Below, piece after piece: positions 28,801 through 38,265 of a stretch of DNA of 64,000 nucleotides. How positions within the stretch are numbered: the stretch's first letter is position 1; every line of letters begins with the position of its first letter. The stretch lies in NCBI GenBank assembly GCA_963664875.1, contig OY761611.1, forward strand, positions 3,744,001-3,808,000, read 5' to 3'. Both the position numbers and the translations under genes were made by a program. Below the pieces are notes generated by a model. That model worked only from the letters and a program-made list of their open reading frames with translations. It was not told where the DNA came from and did not search any database. Source of the stretch: Candidatus Kapaibacterium sp. (GTDB lineage Bacteria; Bacteroidota; Ignavibacteria; Kapaibacteriales; UBA2268).

Positions 28801-30491
28801 ACAAAAAGTTCCAAGAAGATGCTACCAATATGCTTACCGGTCACGGAACAATGCCGAATGTGAAAGTAACAGAAGCAACATTTACTAAAACTGCACCGGG
28901 TAAAGCCTTAGCAGATGCTGAAGTAAAACAAATTGAGATTATAAACTCTGACGAACACGAAGTTTTAGAAGTTAGATCAATATCTATCAACCCAGCGTAT
29001 GCAAATGATTTTATTCCTGTAGCAATTGACGGTGTTCCGTATGCTAATGTAACATTCCCAATAACAGTACCGACAGAAGGTAAAGTTACTGTTGACTATG
29101 CATTTGCACCACCGTTAATGACACCAAACGTAGGTTTGGATCAGGTAGATCCTACAAACGGCTTCATCAAAGAAACAGACATTACAGTAAACTCTAACCA
29201 TGTGCCCGGCTCAGGCGTACCAGGCTATCAAATGGTTTACGAAGACTTTGTACAAAATTCAGTAAACCCTGAAGATGAAGGCTTCCTAAGAGGTTATGTA
29301 GTTGATGGTGATGCGACAGTAGAAGGCATTGCTTACGGTATGACAATGAGATGTAATAATCTTACAGCAAATGTAAAACTCAATAACTTATCTCAATCTC
29401 AAAATCTTATCGTTGACGAAATAGTTATTACAGAAGATGACAACAACGTATTCGTAGTAACAGATGCAGTAAAAGCTGTTCTTTACGGTTCAACAATCAC
29501 CATGGGTGGAAATTCAATCTGCGAAGTGCTTTTTGATCCTACAGCAGTAGATAAATCAATTTATGAAGCAGCACCTGGTATGACATTGAATTTTAGTGCA
29601 AAAGTAGCAATGAAATATCACTTTGTCGGTAGCACAGAAAAAGAAACAATGACAGCCGATTTGACAGCATCAGCAAGATTGCTTAATGTAGATATTTCAC
29701 AAAAAATTGAAACACGAGTAGGTACAGAGCTAAAAGCAATTCCGATACAGCCGGGTATGTTCTCATACAACACAGGCGGCAATGTACCACACTATACAAA
29801 CTACTTCTTCATTGAAATAGCAAACAAAGACGAATGGAGTGATTTGGAAATCAAATCATTGAGTATCACATACAAATACAAAAAAGAATGGATGGGCTTA
29901 ATCAAAGTAGATAAACCATTTGCTTTGAATGCAACTCCGGGCTTTGAAGTAGTGAAATCAAACACAGAAGAAGACGGCGAATATTTCTTAGATACTTACA
30001 CAATCAGCACAAGCGGAGCAGGATACTTAAACTATGCAGACGCAAGAGCAGCAATGCTTAACCCGCTATTCTTGCTGTATTTGAGTGGAGATACTAAGTA
30101 TATGCCTGAAATCACAAATGTAACATTTGCGACAAGAGATGAATGTATCACATACACATCTTCAACACAAGAAATTCCGTTAGTAAATTGTATTCAGGAT
30201 ATCAACCTAATCAGTTCAACAGGCGGAGCAAACCTTGCACCAAGCTTGGCACCAAATCCGGTGGTAGGCGAAACAGCAAGCATTAAATACGGCGTAGCAC
30301 TTAACGCACCTGCATCATTGAAAATCTACAATGAAAAAGGTGAAGTAGTGAAAGTAGTATTTGATTCTTACCAGCAAGCAGGTTCTTACGAAGTAAATGT
30401 ATCAACAAAAGATTTGCCAAGTGGTGCATACATCATCAGATTGGAACAAAATACATTTGTTGGCGAAGGAAGTATGGTAATTACAAAATAA
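25803..30491 (+). CDS. IgGFc-binding-domain protein with Ig-like repeats and T9SS CTD (adhesin-like)
   Basis: SDGYMALPV, ADKPI, DPFM, FGGYIYG...SYGWP, repeated NxG Ig domains and CTD PNPV...LPSGAYII. GGAGG RBS supports ATG 25803. Confidence 0.85.
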   Translation: MRKNLLITLVLCLSFLMAIPNEGFANVKELKQKIREQRARDFKLGQGQMGRKFIVAIPPNESAGYGWSDSAIEVYIASANDVLLDMDIMGTKKKKALKGGDVFTINDAEGLSYTAAECREPNTATTKTITIEATGPVSVYVMNSKNTTSDGYMALPVDSWQTEYMHCSYYDNYESATNTFANGFLIIGSEDNTKVNVRLRGVGDKNIATLMKDETKSIGSVFNVKVNAGEVYQIQSDGLTRGQFDLTGTYIKADKPIGIVSYHWRTVIPILENSSRDHLCAQPMPVDTWGQYYASVALARGGSTKGDLFRILALEDNTSYTMSWYDFNTKESLGARSGVLQNGGEFIEISDVMNADPTAKSVTGTSVFQADKPIFIMQYSYSSAWDGAQYDPFMWPVTSVEQYIYGTIFQAPPNKTFGENHLNIVAWDDPNDPEKKGLQSILFDGTKVVDKMPSFLSNRIPGTDLYWARFKIAPGVHSMSTDGVAKFGGYIYGFKSVDSYGWPAAMALKKLSETDTVPPAVSIQGECGEWTVHVTELTIDPNVNADPRQVDTEVWDEPATIIMDSTIKGYKYISYNISEPQYVNKNGQPQDWKYEPHDDYLFKLSVLDKFQDAKCYFYVADQEGNITIDSVEYFADSLKIVKPESIVFGRCQIFQDHFIDVTFQNAGRGPLQVNTKELVDGEFFEIVEDWGDYDVTELAVGEEMELRLKYHPTEEVEDPEDFDLDSISFKAECLDFKWPIEGQGVTPKIKVTEWKSSKPAFPGNEIEKTVASGFDGDGLNGIIISNPGSDTLIVTKAMFETVIPEFRFTPRDKNNTPVTFPIEIQPRMFSKGEEWKVQIMGEYFTPSAIGRYQDNLVFSNNAFDPIAESDSISEWDLVSSQGTVTLSECIFGMQHVGTKKVINEKGAPATVTVENTGNEVVVVTELAFIDAVPSNDNFMFVDGTGNLVAKYNIDPSDDYKGIELAEGETYTFNVVFVPFEERENIQARIFAKYYTKTDLDKKFQEDATNMLTGHGTMPNVKVTEATFTKTAPGKALADAEVKQIEIINSDEHEVLEVRSISINPAYANDFIPVAIDGVPYANVTFPITVPTEGKVTVDYAFAPPLMTPNVGLDQVDPTNGFIKETDITVNSNHVPGSGVPGYQMVYEDFVQNSVNPEDEGFLRGYVVDGDATVEGIAYGMTMRCNNLTANVKLNNLSQSQNLIVDEIVITEDDNNVFVVTDAVKAVLYGSTITMGGNSICEVLFDPTAVDKSIYEAAPGMTLNFSAKVAMKYHFVGSTEKETMTADLTASARLLNVDISQKIETRVGTELKAIPIQPGMFSYNTGGNVPHYTNYFFIEIANKDEWSDLEIKSLSITYKYKKEWMGLIKVDKPFALNATPGFEVVKSNTEEDGEYFLDTYTISTSGAGYLNYADARAAMLNPLFLLYLSGDTKYMPEITNVTFATRDECITYTSSTQEIPLVNCIQDINLISSTGGANLAPSLAPNPVVGETASIKYGVALNAPASLKIYNEKGEVVKVVFDSYQQAGSYEVNVSTKDLPSGAYIIRLEQNTFVGEGSMVITK

Positions 30492-30526
30492 TCTTACTAA
30501 GAAAGATTATAGCTAATATATTTGTT

Positions 30527-30560
30527 AGGCTGCCTCATTATTGGGGCAGCTTTTTTTTTT
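30527..30560 (+). terminator. Intrinsic terminator
   Basis: GGCTGCCTCA...TGGGGCAGCT stem followed by a T-run. Confidence 0.8.
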
Positions 30561-30670
30561 ATTTTAGGGGTAGGGGATTAGGCTCTGAATTATAATATAG
30601 AGAAGTAGTGATTCGCGATTATGTGGTTTATATTCTAAACTCTTTTAGCCAAATTAATGATCTTTTTTAT

Positions 30671-31540
30671 CTACAATACCTCTTGCTCTATAAAATGAGT
30701 GATCCAAAGTCCGGGCTTATTTGGCAAATCAAAAGTTACCCAATGCTTTGGATTATATCCTGAGTTGGCGTGCCAATAACCTGATTTCTTGCGTTTTTTT
30801 AGAATGTAATCCAAAGCAGCTCTGCATCTGTTGTCGCTTAGTTTCTCCTGCTTTTTCATTAGAGCCAGCAACTCTAAAATATTTGTTCTATAACTAAATG
30901 GGTAGGTCAGCTTGATCATATAGTCTCTGATCGGTGAGCTATCAGTTTGTTTTTGGTATAGGTGGTGTGACAAAATGTATTCTAAACCCTGATTCAATTT
31001 TGCTGTTATGTCGGTATCACACTTACCTGATGCGACATAATCACTAAGAGCAATTACAGATTTGACTACTCCAATGTAGCAAGGAGTTCTTTTCAGACAA
31101 GCCCCGTATTTTTTGGAGCTGCTACCCTGCCATTTAGTCTGAAAGTTTCTTTCGAACCCCTGATGTTCAATTATCCATCTAATCCCTTTGTATAATTCTG
31201 GCAAGTCATTGTAGCCGGCTTTGATCAATACAGAACAAATCATAGCATTGTAGCAGGATAAAATATTATCCGGTTTTCCGGTGTAGGAAAATCCATCTCC
31301 GCAGGCACTTTTTTCTAAAAGATATTCCAAAAGCAATTTTGACTTAGGCAATTCAATAGCAAATGGTATTTCTAATACTTGAATAAGTCTGTTCATGACG
31401 TTTAATACATCATATTCAAAGTCTGCTTCAAGCTTCGCCACAAGAGCTGATTGTTCCAGATACTCTAATGCATCAGAATAAGTAAAGATTTTGCCTTGAT
31501 TTGCAAGCGTTTTAAGCTCAAATGCAGAATCTACTGACAT
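30671..31540 (-). CDS. Hypothetical alpha/alpha-barrel (prenyltransferase/cyclase-like) protein
   Basis: GIRWIIEHQ, GLEYILSHHLY, YPFSY..NILELL, ALDYILKKR..SGYW and WIT motifs. Confidence 0.6.
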   Translation of the reverse strand: MSVDSAFELKTLANQGKIFTYSDALEYLEQSALVAKLEADFEYDVLNVMNRLIQVLEIPFAIELPKSKLLLEYLLEKSACGDGFSYTGKPDNILSCYNAMICSVLIKAGYNDLPELYKGIRWIIEHQGFERNFQTKWQGSSSKKYGACLKRTPCYIGVVKSVIALSDYVASGKCDTDITAKLNQGLEYILSHHLYQKQTDSSPIRDYMIKLTYPFSYRTNILELLALMKKQEKLSDNRCRAALDYILKKRKKSGYWHANSGYNPKHWVTFDLPNKPGLWITHFIEQEVL

Positions 31541-31551
31541 AAGGATACCTC

Positions 31552-32556
31552 TTATCTATCATAATTAGATAAAATGTTATTTGCCTTGATTTTGATTTCA
31601 TTGATTAGTGCATCAGGTTTTCTGACAGTCAAAATATCTCCCCAACTCATAATCCATGAAATAAGATCCGGAGCTATGGGGCAGTGCATTTTTATTATGG
31701 TGATGCCGTTTTCATTAATCATTTTTTGAGAAGGGTGGAAAGTTCGATTTTGAAAATAATGCTCAGAACCCATTCTAATTTCCAACTCGCAGTGATGCTT
31801 ATCTCCATCAAATACACCAAATCTGTCTTTTGTGAATTTATCAAATTTGAATTCCGGAATAGTAGCCGGTGGATTGTCAGCAATTTTGAGATCTAAAATA
31901 CTTTCAAGTTTGAGTGACCTGTGTTTTTTGTATTTTGGTACATAATATGCGATATAGAGAGCACCTCTATAAGTAAATATTTTTTCCAAAAGAGCCATAA
32001 AATTCTTTGGGTCTTTATGCGGCACAGAGCGATATTTCACCCAAACGTATTCTTTTTTATTGATGTGGTCTATAACTTTTCTCAAAATATCATTGTGTTG
32101 GGAGTAGTCATACTGACCAACGTTCTGATCCCAAAAAAGACTATCAGAAGAAAATGGATTACCCGGAGCTATTTTTTCTAATTTCCTGACCAAATCTTTT
32201 ACATTTTCATCTATATCTGTCCCTTTGAATGTTTTCAGGTGAGCTTTCAGAAGATAAAAGGACAATAACTCATTGGAGGAAAAATTCAAATCGTAAGTTA
32301 TGTGCTTTTTGCGTGTAGGTATATATTCCGTAAATCGTCCATCTTTGTTTGATTCAATCAACTCAAGACTTTTCAAAAATTTCAAATATCTGATAATGGT
32401 TCTTTCAGAAATGTTATCCATCTCTATATCGCCGGATTCGACGTAAGCAGTCTGAATATCTTCAATACTAAGTCGCCTGTCTGATTTGTATGCATCTTTG
32501 ATAAGTTCATACAAAAAAGTAACCTTATCGCCGTAGTCAGGTTTATTGCTCATCAC
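31552..32556 (-). CDS. WYL-domain transcriptional regulator (wHTH-WYL-WCX)
   Basis: ISERTIIRYL HTH, WYL region (GALYI...RSLKLESI) and WCX region (WIMSWGD..V..P..L). Confidence 0.85.
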   Translation of the reverse strand: MMSNKPDYGDKVTFLYELIKDAYKSDRRLSIEDIQTAYVESGDIEMDNISERTIIRYLKFLKSLELIESNKDGRFTEYIPTRKKHITYDLNFSSNELLSFYLLKAHLKTFKGTDIDENVKDLVRKLEKIAPGNPFSSDSLFWDQNVGQYDYSQHNDILRKVIDHINKKEYVWVKYRSVPHKDPKNFMALLEKIFTYRGALYIAYYVPKYKKHRSLKLESILDLKIADNPPATIPEFKFDKFTKDRFGVFDGDKHHCELEIRMGSEHYFQNRTFHPSQKMINENGITIIKMHCPIAPDLISWIMSWGDILTVRKPDALINEIKIKANNILSNYDR

Positions 32557-32579
32557 ATTCTCCGGTTTTATTCATTAGA

Positions 32580-34397
32580 TTAAACTTTCCGATTCCTCAG
32601 TGCTGTGATTTTCTCCCGCACTTCCTCTGAATAAATAGACTGAGGAAATTCAGTAAGAATTTTTATCAATATCTTCTCAGCCTCATCATATTGCTTTTGA
32701 GATGATAGGAAATCAGCCTTCAAAAGAAGTATTTTGTCTATTATCAAAGAGGTTGTATTAGAAATTAAATAGTCATCTATCCTCTGTAGATATTTTTCAG
32801 GTTCTTTTGCCAGAGAAATTTCCAGTAGTTTAAGGTAAGCACTATTCGCTAAAGAAGAGCCGGAAGAAAGCATATAAGACTTTTCAAATCTGAGCATAGC
32901 CTCATCGGTTTTATACTGTTTTTCAGCCTTTAAACCCATAGCAAATTGTTTTAAAGCTTCAGTTTGCTCTTTGTTTTGAGAAATAAGATGATGCCTTTGT
33001 AGAGCATCATTTGCAATATTTACGTCTGCATAGCTTCCGAGTAATTTATAAAGCGAATCGGCTTTTTCTGTATTGCCTTCATAAAATTCAATTTCTGCTT
33101 CGAGGTATTGGGCACGTAATGAAAAATCCCCACTTCCTCGGTTAAAAGTTTTTTGTAGCAAACTTAAAACGTTTTTTGCAGAATCCAAATTATCACTTCT
33201 TATGTGCAAGTCAGCCAATAATAAAAATGCTTCAGCTGCCTGAGTCGCACGCATAAACCGTTTATCGTTTACAATGGCAGAAATACTATATTTTGCATTC
33301 GCTTCATCATTTAATTTATCATGGTATATTTCCGCAATTCTAAGCAAAGCATCTGCTGCAACAGAAGAGTTGTTGTAGTTTTCTATTATATTTCTATACT
33401 CTTTGATTATCCCAAGATATTGCTCTTTCGAAATTTGAGTACCTGAATTTTCGAGTTTTGAATCTAAAGTCTTTGCATAGTTGTAAAGAGCAGAAGAAAA
33501 GTAACGATTCTCCTTTGTATTGCCTTCATCAATTATAATTTGTAAGGCTTCTAATGCAATATCGTACTCGCCGTCGTTTCTTGCTACAATCGAAAAATTA
33601 TATATCTCTCTGCCTCCGGCATTGCTAAGCTCATCAATTTTCTTAATTATCTCGAGAGACTCACCGGATTGTCCGCTTTCTCGTAAGTACCAGCTGTAAA
33701 TCTGCAAAATCTGTAAATCGTTTTGCTGCTTTTGATAGAGATTTTTCAGGAACTGAGATAAATATTCTTTAGCCTCTTTGTTTTCCATCAGAGCGAATAT
33801 TCTGCCTTGTGCCTGTTCCGGTCGCTTCGTCAGGTATAGCAGCTTGATTATCTCTTCTATTCCGTTTTTGTAGTCATTAGTTGCTATATACATTTTGGAT
33901 AGCTCATCAGCAAATAAATTACTGTCTGATAGTCGTTCTCTTCCGGCAAGTAAAGTCTGAACTGCTTCTTTGTAAAGTCCAAGTTTATTTTGAATATTGC
34001 TTAGATTGCTGTAAGTAGAAGCCTCTTTTGGATATTTCGACTTGCCTACATTCCAAAAATGCTTAGCAGAATCAGCTTTGCCTTGTACATAATACAATTC
34101 ACCGAGTAAACCATAAATCGAAAAATCTTTTGAATATTTCTCATGTTGCAATGATTTTTCGAGTAGCTCTGCGAATCTGTTTTCTCTGTATAATATCTGT
34201 TTAATGCCATTAAAAGCGTTTTCTGATGCAGGATTTGCATCAAAAACCTGAGTATATACCCTGAGAGCATTTTCAACATCTCCGCCATTGAGATAGGAAT
34301 CTGCTAATCTTAGTTTGTTTGTTTCTATATTCTGTGAGTATCCAAAAGTTCCTGCAAGTAGCAAGAAAAAAGCTATTATTTGAATTTTGTATTGCAT
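32580..34397 (-). CDS. Secreted tetratricopeptide repeat protein
   Basis: Signal peptide from ATG 34397 (MQYKIQIIAFFLLL), many TPRs, ANDAL and FPQSIY C-terminal motifs. Confidence 0.8.
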   Translation of the reverse strand: MQYKIQIIAFFLLLAGTFGYSQNIETNKLRLADSYLNGGDVENALRVYTQVFDANPASENAFNGIKQILYRENRFAELLEKSLQHEKYSKDFSIYGLLGELYYVQGKADSAKHFWNVGKSKYPKEASTYSNLSNIQNKLGLYKEAVQTLLAGRERLSDSNLFADELSKMYIATNDYKNGIEEIIKLLYLTKRPEQAQGRIFALMENKEAKEYLSQFLKNLYQKQQNDLQILQIYSWYLRESGQSGESLEIIKKIDELSNAGGREIYNFSIVARNDGEYDIALEALQIIIDEGNTKENRYFSSALYNYAKTLDSKLENSGTQISKEQYLGIIKEYRNIIENYNNSSVAADALLRIAEIYHDKLNDEANAKYSISAIVNDKRFMRATQAAEAFLLLADLHIRSDNLDSAKNVLSLLQKTFNRGSGDFSLRAQYLEAEIEFYEGNTEKADSLYKLLGSYADVNIANDALQRHHLISQNKEQTEALKQFAMGLKAEKQYKTDEAMLRFEKSYMLSSGSSLANSAYLKLLEISLAKEPEKYLQRIDDYLISNTTSLIIDKILLLKADFLSSQKQYDEAEKILIKILTEFPQSIYSEEVREKITALRNRKV

Positions 34398-34736
34398 TCT
34401 TTCTTTTTCGTATATATGTTCAATAGTACAACTTATAAATATAACACAAATTCCCGAGTTATTATAAATATGCAAAGTAACCTGGCAAATTTAGCGTCCG
34501 AGAGTCAAGCCATTTTAGCACTAAAATCAAAACGTTTCCAATCTGAGCTGACAATTGTTGCAATTACGCTTTGAGACTTTTGAGTTTGGTCTTGTTTCCA
34601 ATTCCGAATTTTTGCAATATTTATATTAATCATAACAAATTCTGCTTATATTAGGATAATTATTTTTGCAAATAACACAATTATAGACGTAGATTATTAT
34701 ATAATAGATTTCAAGGCTTAGCAAAAAGAGTCAACT

Positions 34737-35990
34737 ATGAAGTTTTTCAAGTATTTTGTTATTACGTTTTTTTCTTTTATTGGTTTGATAATCATAGCAA
34801 GTTTCTTTCTTCCGGGTAGTCTCGACATAGAAGTTACCGCTAATATCAAAATCAAAAAGAAACATATCTATAAATTCCTGTCCGATATTAACAATATTGA
34901 CAAATGGAGTATGTGGGGCTCTTACAATGACAGTACATTGACTTTTACTGCTTCTGTAAATAAACAAAACAAACTACCTGAATACAAATGGGAAGCTGAG
35001 TTACTTGGCGAAGGCTCAATTACTATAACTGATGTCAGACCGGACACTTTGATGTTTTTGACAAAGATATATGAAGACGAATTTGAATTGTATGGTTTTA
35101 TTTCGCTCAAGCAAATTGGCAATGAAACCATCATTTACAGGCGACAAACCATTGATCTTGGTTCTAATCCTGTTTATAAAGTAGTTGGTTACTTAATGAA
35201 AAACTACATCAAAACGGATTTGGAAAGCGAATTACTCAAAATAAAGGAAATTATGGAAAACATGAAACCATTATCTCACAACATCAAAATACTTTATGAC
35301 AACACAGCCCAAGGCGAAAAATACAAATACGGCTGGGGATTTTCCTGCCTTGTAAATGACTCTCTATTATTTGACACAGGAGAGGACTTTGAAAAATTGC
35401 AATATAACATAAATGAAATGGGCATAGATTTATCCAAAATCAAAATTTTAGTGATTAGCCATGACCATTGGGACCATACAGGAGGTCTAAAAGGTTTGCT
35501 CCCATTGCTTACAAATTTAGAACATATCTATCTGCCTGAAAACCCGGGTTTAGAGCTGAAAAATGCTACGTCGGACAAAGCTGTAACCGGAAACTCAGAA
35601 TATAGAGTCTTATCTGATGTTATGACTCTTAGCAAAAGTTTTAAGACTTCCTACAAAGGACAAACTTTATACGAACAAGCTCTATTGCTGAAAACGGAAG
35701 ATTCTACTTATACTCTAATTGCAGGTTGTGCTCATCCCGGAATTGATATTATGGCAGATGCAATTAAAAAAGATTTAGGCATAGAAATTAAAACTGTAAT
35801 GGGTGGTTTTCATCTTTCTCATTCAAAAGAAGAAGATATTTTGTCTCTAACCGATAATCTAAAAGCAATCGGCATTAGACGGGTAGCTCCTACGCATTGC
35901 TCAGGAAAGAAAGCAAAAGATATTTTCAGAAATGCTTTCGAGGAAGAATTTATAAGTATTTATACAGGTAAAGAGGTAGAAATAGATTAG
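34737..35990 (+). CDS. SRPBCC-like domain fused to a metallo-beta-lactamase-fold hydrolase
   Basis: N-terminal TM plus FLP...W..W region; C-terminal GWGFSC..LFDTG, SHDHWDHTGG, GCAHPG, GGFHL and PTHCSG. Confidence 0.75.
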   Translation: MKFFKYFVITFFSFIGLIIIASFFLPGSLDIEVTANIKIKKKHIYKFLSDINNIDKWSMWGSYNDSTLTFTASVNKQNKLPEYKWEAELLGEGSITITDVRPDTLMFLTKIYEDEFELYGFISLKQIGNETIIYRRQTIDLGSNPVYKVVGYLMKNYIKTDLESELLKIKEIMENMKPLSHNIKILYDNTAQGEKYKYGWGFSCLVNDSLLFDTGEDFEKLQYNINEMGIDLSKIKILVISHDHWDHTGGLKGLLPLLTNLEHIYLPENPGLELKNATSDKAVTGNSEYRVLSDVMTLSKSFKTSYKGQTLYEQALLLKTEDSTYTLIAGCAHPGIDIMADAIKKDLGIEIKTVMGGFHLSHSKEEDILSLTDNLKAIGIRRVAPTHCSGKKAKDIFRNAFEEEFISIYTGKEVEID

Positions 35991-35991
35991 C

Positions 35992-37158
35992 ATGAGTGTT
36001 CGTAAGTTTGAATTGTCGAATGTACTAACTGTCATGCTTAATCACTTTACTCATGACTTTTTTCCGGCTACAATTCCGGTATTAGTGCCCATTCTCTTAA
36101 AAAAATATGATTTGAGTTTGCAGCTGAGTGCACTTTTTATTATTATGATCAGAATGCCCTCAGTTTTGAATCCGATAATAGGAGCTTATGCAGATAGGTT
36201 CAAACTTAGATACATTGTGATATTTGCACCGATAGTTTCAGCATTATTTATCAATGCAGTATATTATTCTCCAAGCTACTATCTTACCCTTTTTTTGTTA
36301 TTGATGACCGGAATTTCTTCTACCCTTTATCATATACCGGCTCCTGTAATGATGAAACACTTTGCCGGAGATAAATTAGGCACAGGCATGAGTCTCTTTA
36401 TGGTTGGTGGTGAAATGGCAAGAGCCCTGGGGCCGCTTATCCTTTCCGCAATACTTGAATATTACTATCTTGGCACAGCGTCGCTACTTTTAGTAGGAGT
36501 AGTGTTGCTGACTATGCTCTTCTGGAATAGATTCAATACAGAATCAATAGCAGAGGACTACTCTCCAAAACAAACTAAAAACAATGGCATCAAAGATGTC
36601 CTGAAAAGGAACAAAAAGCTATACCTCGTATTGGCTGTTATCATTTTAGCTAAAACTTTTTTTACTGCATCTTTGAGTGCATTTCTTCCTACATTTCTGA
36701 CGTTCAAAGGAGTCGGTATAGCCAAAGCCGGATTTGCTCTTGCTGTACTGGAAATTGCCGGGGCAGCCGGGACATTTTTAGCGGGCTCACTATCCGATAA
36801 GTTTGGTCGATTCTTAGTGCTAAAAATATCTGTAATTATAGCACCGCTTCTATATGTAGTCTTTCTATTGTCGCCCGGTGCATGGGTATTGGCATTATTA
36901 GTTCTTTTAGGGCTCACTGTCTTTGCAGTAAATCCAATTATAATGGCACTTATACAGGAGAACGAAAAAGACTATCCTGCAGCTGCTAACAGCATATATA
37001 TGACCATGAATTTTGCATTCAGCTTCAGCATCTTATATTTGATTGGATTGATTGGAGACATTTGGAGTTTAGAAACAGCATACACCGTTTGTTCAGTAGT
37101 CGGGTTCTCTTCCATTCCTTTCGTTTTTATCTTGCCAAAGATAAAAATCAAAAACTAA
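35992..37158 (+). CDS. MFS transporter (Fsr-like)
   Basis: HFTHD, GAYADR, YHIPA, FMVGGEMARALGP and GSLSDKFGR motifs; about 12 TM segments. Confidence 0.88.
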   Translation: MSVRKFELSNVLTVMLNHFTHDFFPATIPVLVPILLKKYDLSLQLSALFIIMIRMPSVLNPIIGAYADRFKLRYIVIFAPIVSALFINAVYYSPSYYLTLFLLLMTGISSTLYHIPAPVMMKHFAGDKLGTGMSLFMVGGEMARALGPLILSAILEYYYLGTASLLLVGVVLLTMLFWNRFNTESIAEDYSPKQTKNNGIKDVLKRNKKLYLVLAVIILAKTFFTASLSAFLPTFLTFKGVGIAKAGFALAVLEIAGAAGTFLAGSLSDKFGRFLVLKISVIIAPLLYVVFLLSPGAWVLALLVLLGLTVFAVNPIIMALIQENEKDYPAAANSIYMTMNFAFSFSILYLIGLIGDIWSLETAYTVCSVVGFSSIPFVFILPKIKIKN

Positions 37159-37288
37159 ATTGTATCAATTTTCCTATGCAAAATAAATCTCAGTAGATTC
37201 CATGCTCAATGAAAAAACTCAAAAAAAAACCGATATTCTTTAGGGTAAGAATACCGGTTTTGTGTGCTGTGCTGTAAAAATTAGAGGT

Positions 37289-37975
37289 CTAATCGTCCAA
37301 ATCTGCAGGGGATGTGCCGTCCCACAATAAAAATCTTTCAGGTTGATTTGTCATAAGGCATTCGCCGTTATTGCCTTTTCTGTCCATTCTACCGTGACCT
37401 TTGTGTCCTTTACCTTTGCCTTTTTTGCGATCTTTTCTAAATTCGCTTCTAAATTCATCTCTCATTTCATTTCTAAGTTTTTGCATTTTTTCACGAGCGG
37501 CTCTAAGCTCCGGCTCGAAAGATTCGTGCACAATAGAAAGTTCTTTTTCATATTTTTCTGCTATAGGTTCCAATTCGTCCTGTATTTTTTGTATTTCTGC
37601 TCTGTGAGCTTTTGCTTTGGCTCTGCGTTCTTTTCTTTCTGTGCAAAAGCAGCTGTCAGGATTTGCTTTTACCATATCTCGGTAGGCTTGTCTTTCAGCT
37701 CTGTGAGTTTCTCTAAGTTTTGTGGCTTTAGCTCGTAAATCATTTAATTTTGCCAAATCGTCTTTACTGATAGCTCTGTCAAATTGTTCTTTCATTTTTT
37801 TGAGAATAGGTTCGATTTCTTTCTGTCTGAATTCCTGCATTTTTTCTCTTTGAGCCTGACGGAATTCTTGTCTTGCATTAGTTGAATTTTCATTACTGTC
37901 TTGTGCTTGGATGCCGGTAATGCCGGTGAATAAAACAGCTACAAGTATGACAAAGAATTTTACTGATTTTAACAT
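37289..37975 (-). CDS. Secreted helical, charged hypothetical protein (Spy/CpxP-like composition)
   Basis: Signal peptide followed by E/K/R-rich helices. Confidence 0.65.
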   Translation of the reverse strand: MLKSVKFFVILVAVLFTGITGIQAQDSNENSTNARQEFRQAQREKMQEFRQKEIEPILKKMKEQFDRAISKDDLAKLNDLRAKATKLRETHRAERQAYRDMVKANPDSCFCTERKERRAKAKAHRAEIQKIQDELEPIAEKYEKELSIVHESFEPELRAAREKMQKLRNEMRDEFRSEFRKDRKKGKGKGHKGHGRMDRKGNNGECLMTNQPERFLLWDGTSPADLDD

Positions 37976-38024
37976 GGTGTTTCTCCCTTTTATAATATTG
38001 AGTTGTTTATCTTGTTTCTATAGC

Positions 38025-38052
38025 TTAGACCAACTGTGCAAAAAAAGGTTTA
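38025..38052 (-). promoter_or_regulatory. Possible ECF sigma promoter
   Basis: Minus strand TAAACC-N15-GGTCTAA, about 50 nt upstream of the start at 37975. Confidence 0.4.
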
Positions 38053-38145
38053 AAAAATTATTCCTGCACAATAAAAAAACAGTTATAGCTTAGCTCTAAG
38101 GTATAACTGTTATGAAGGTTTATATTATTCTTATTGGAAGCGGTT

Positions 38146-38265
38146 TTACTCCTTCAAATTTCTATTGCCACGCATTACTTTGTAGAAACAGTAAACAACT
38201 AAAGCAGTAACACTTGTCCAAGCGAGCGTTACAAATATTAAACCTGAGCTAGTCAATTCGTACAT
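38146..38265 (-). CDS. Small single-TM subunit of the NSS transporter (MetS-like), 39 aa
   Basis: MYELTSSGLIFVTLAWTSVTALVVYCFYKVMRGNRNLKE. Its ATG overlaps the transporter stop codon (TAATG). Confidence 0.75.
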   Translation of the reverse strand: MYELTSSGLIFVTLAWTSVTALVVYCFYKVMRGNRNLKE

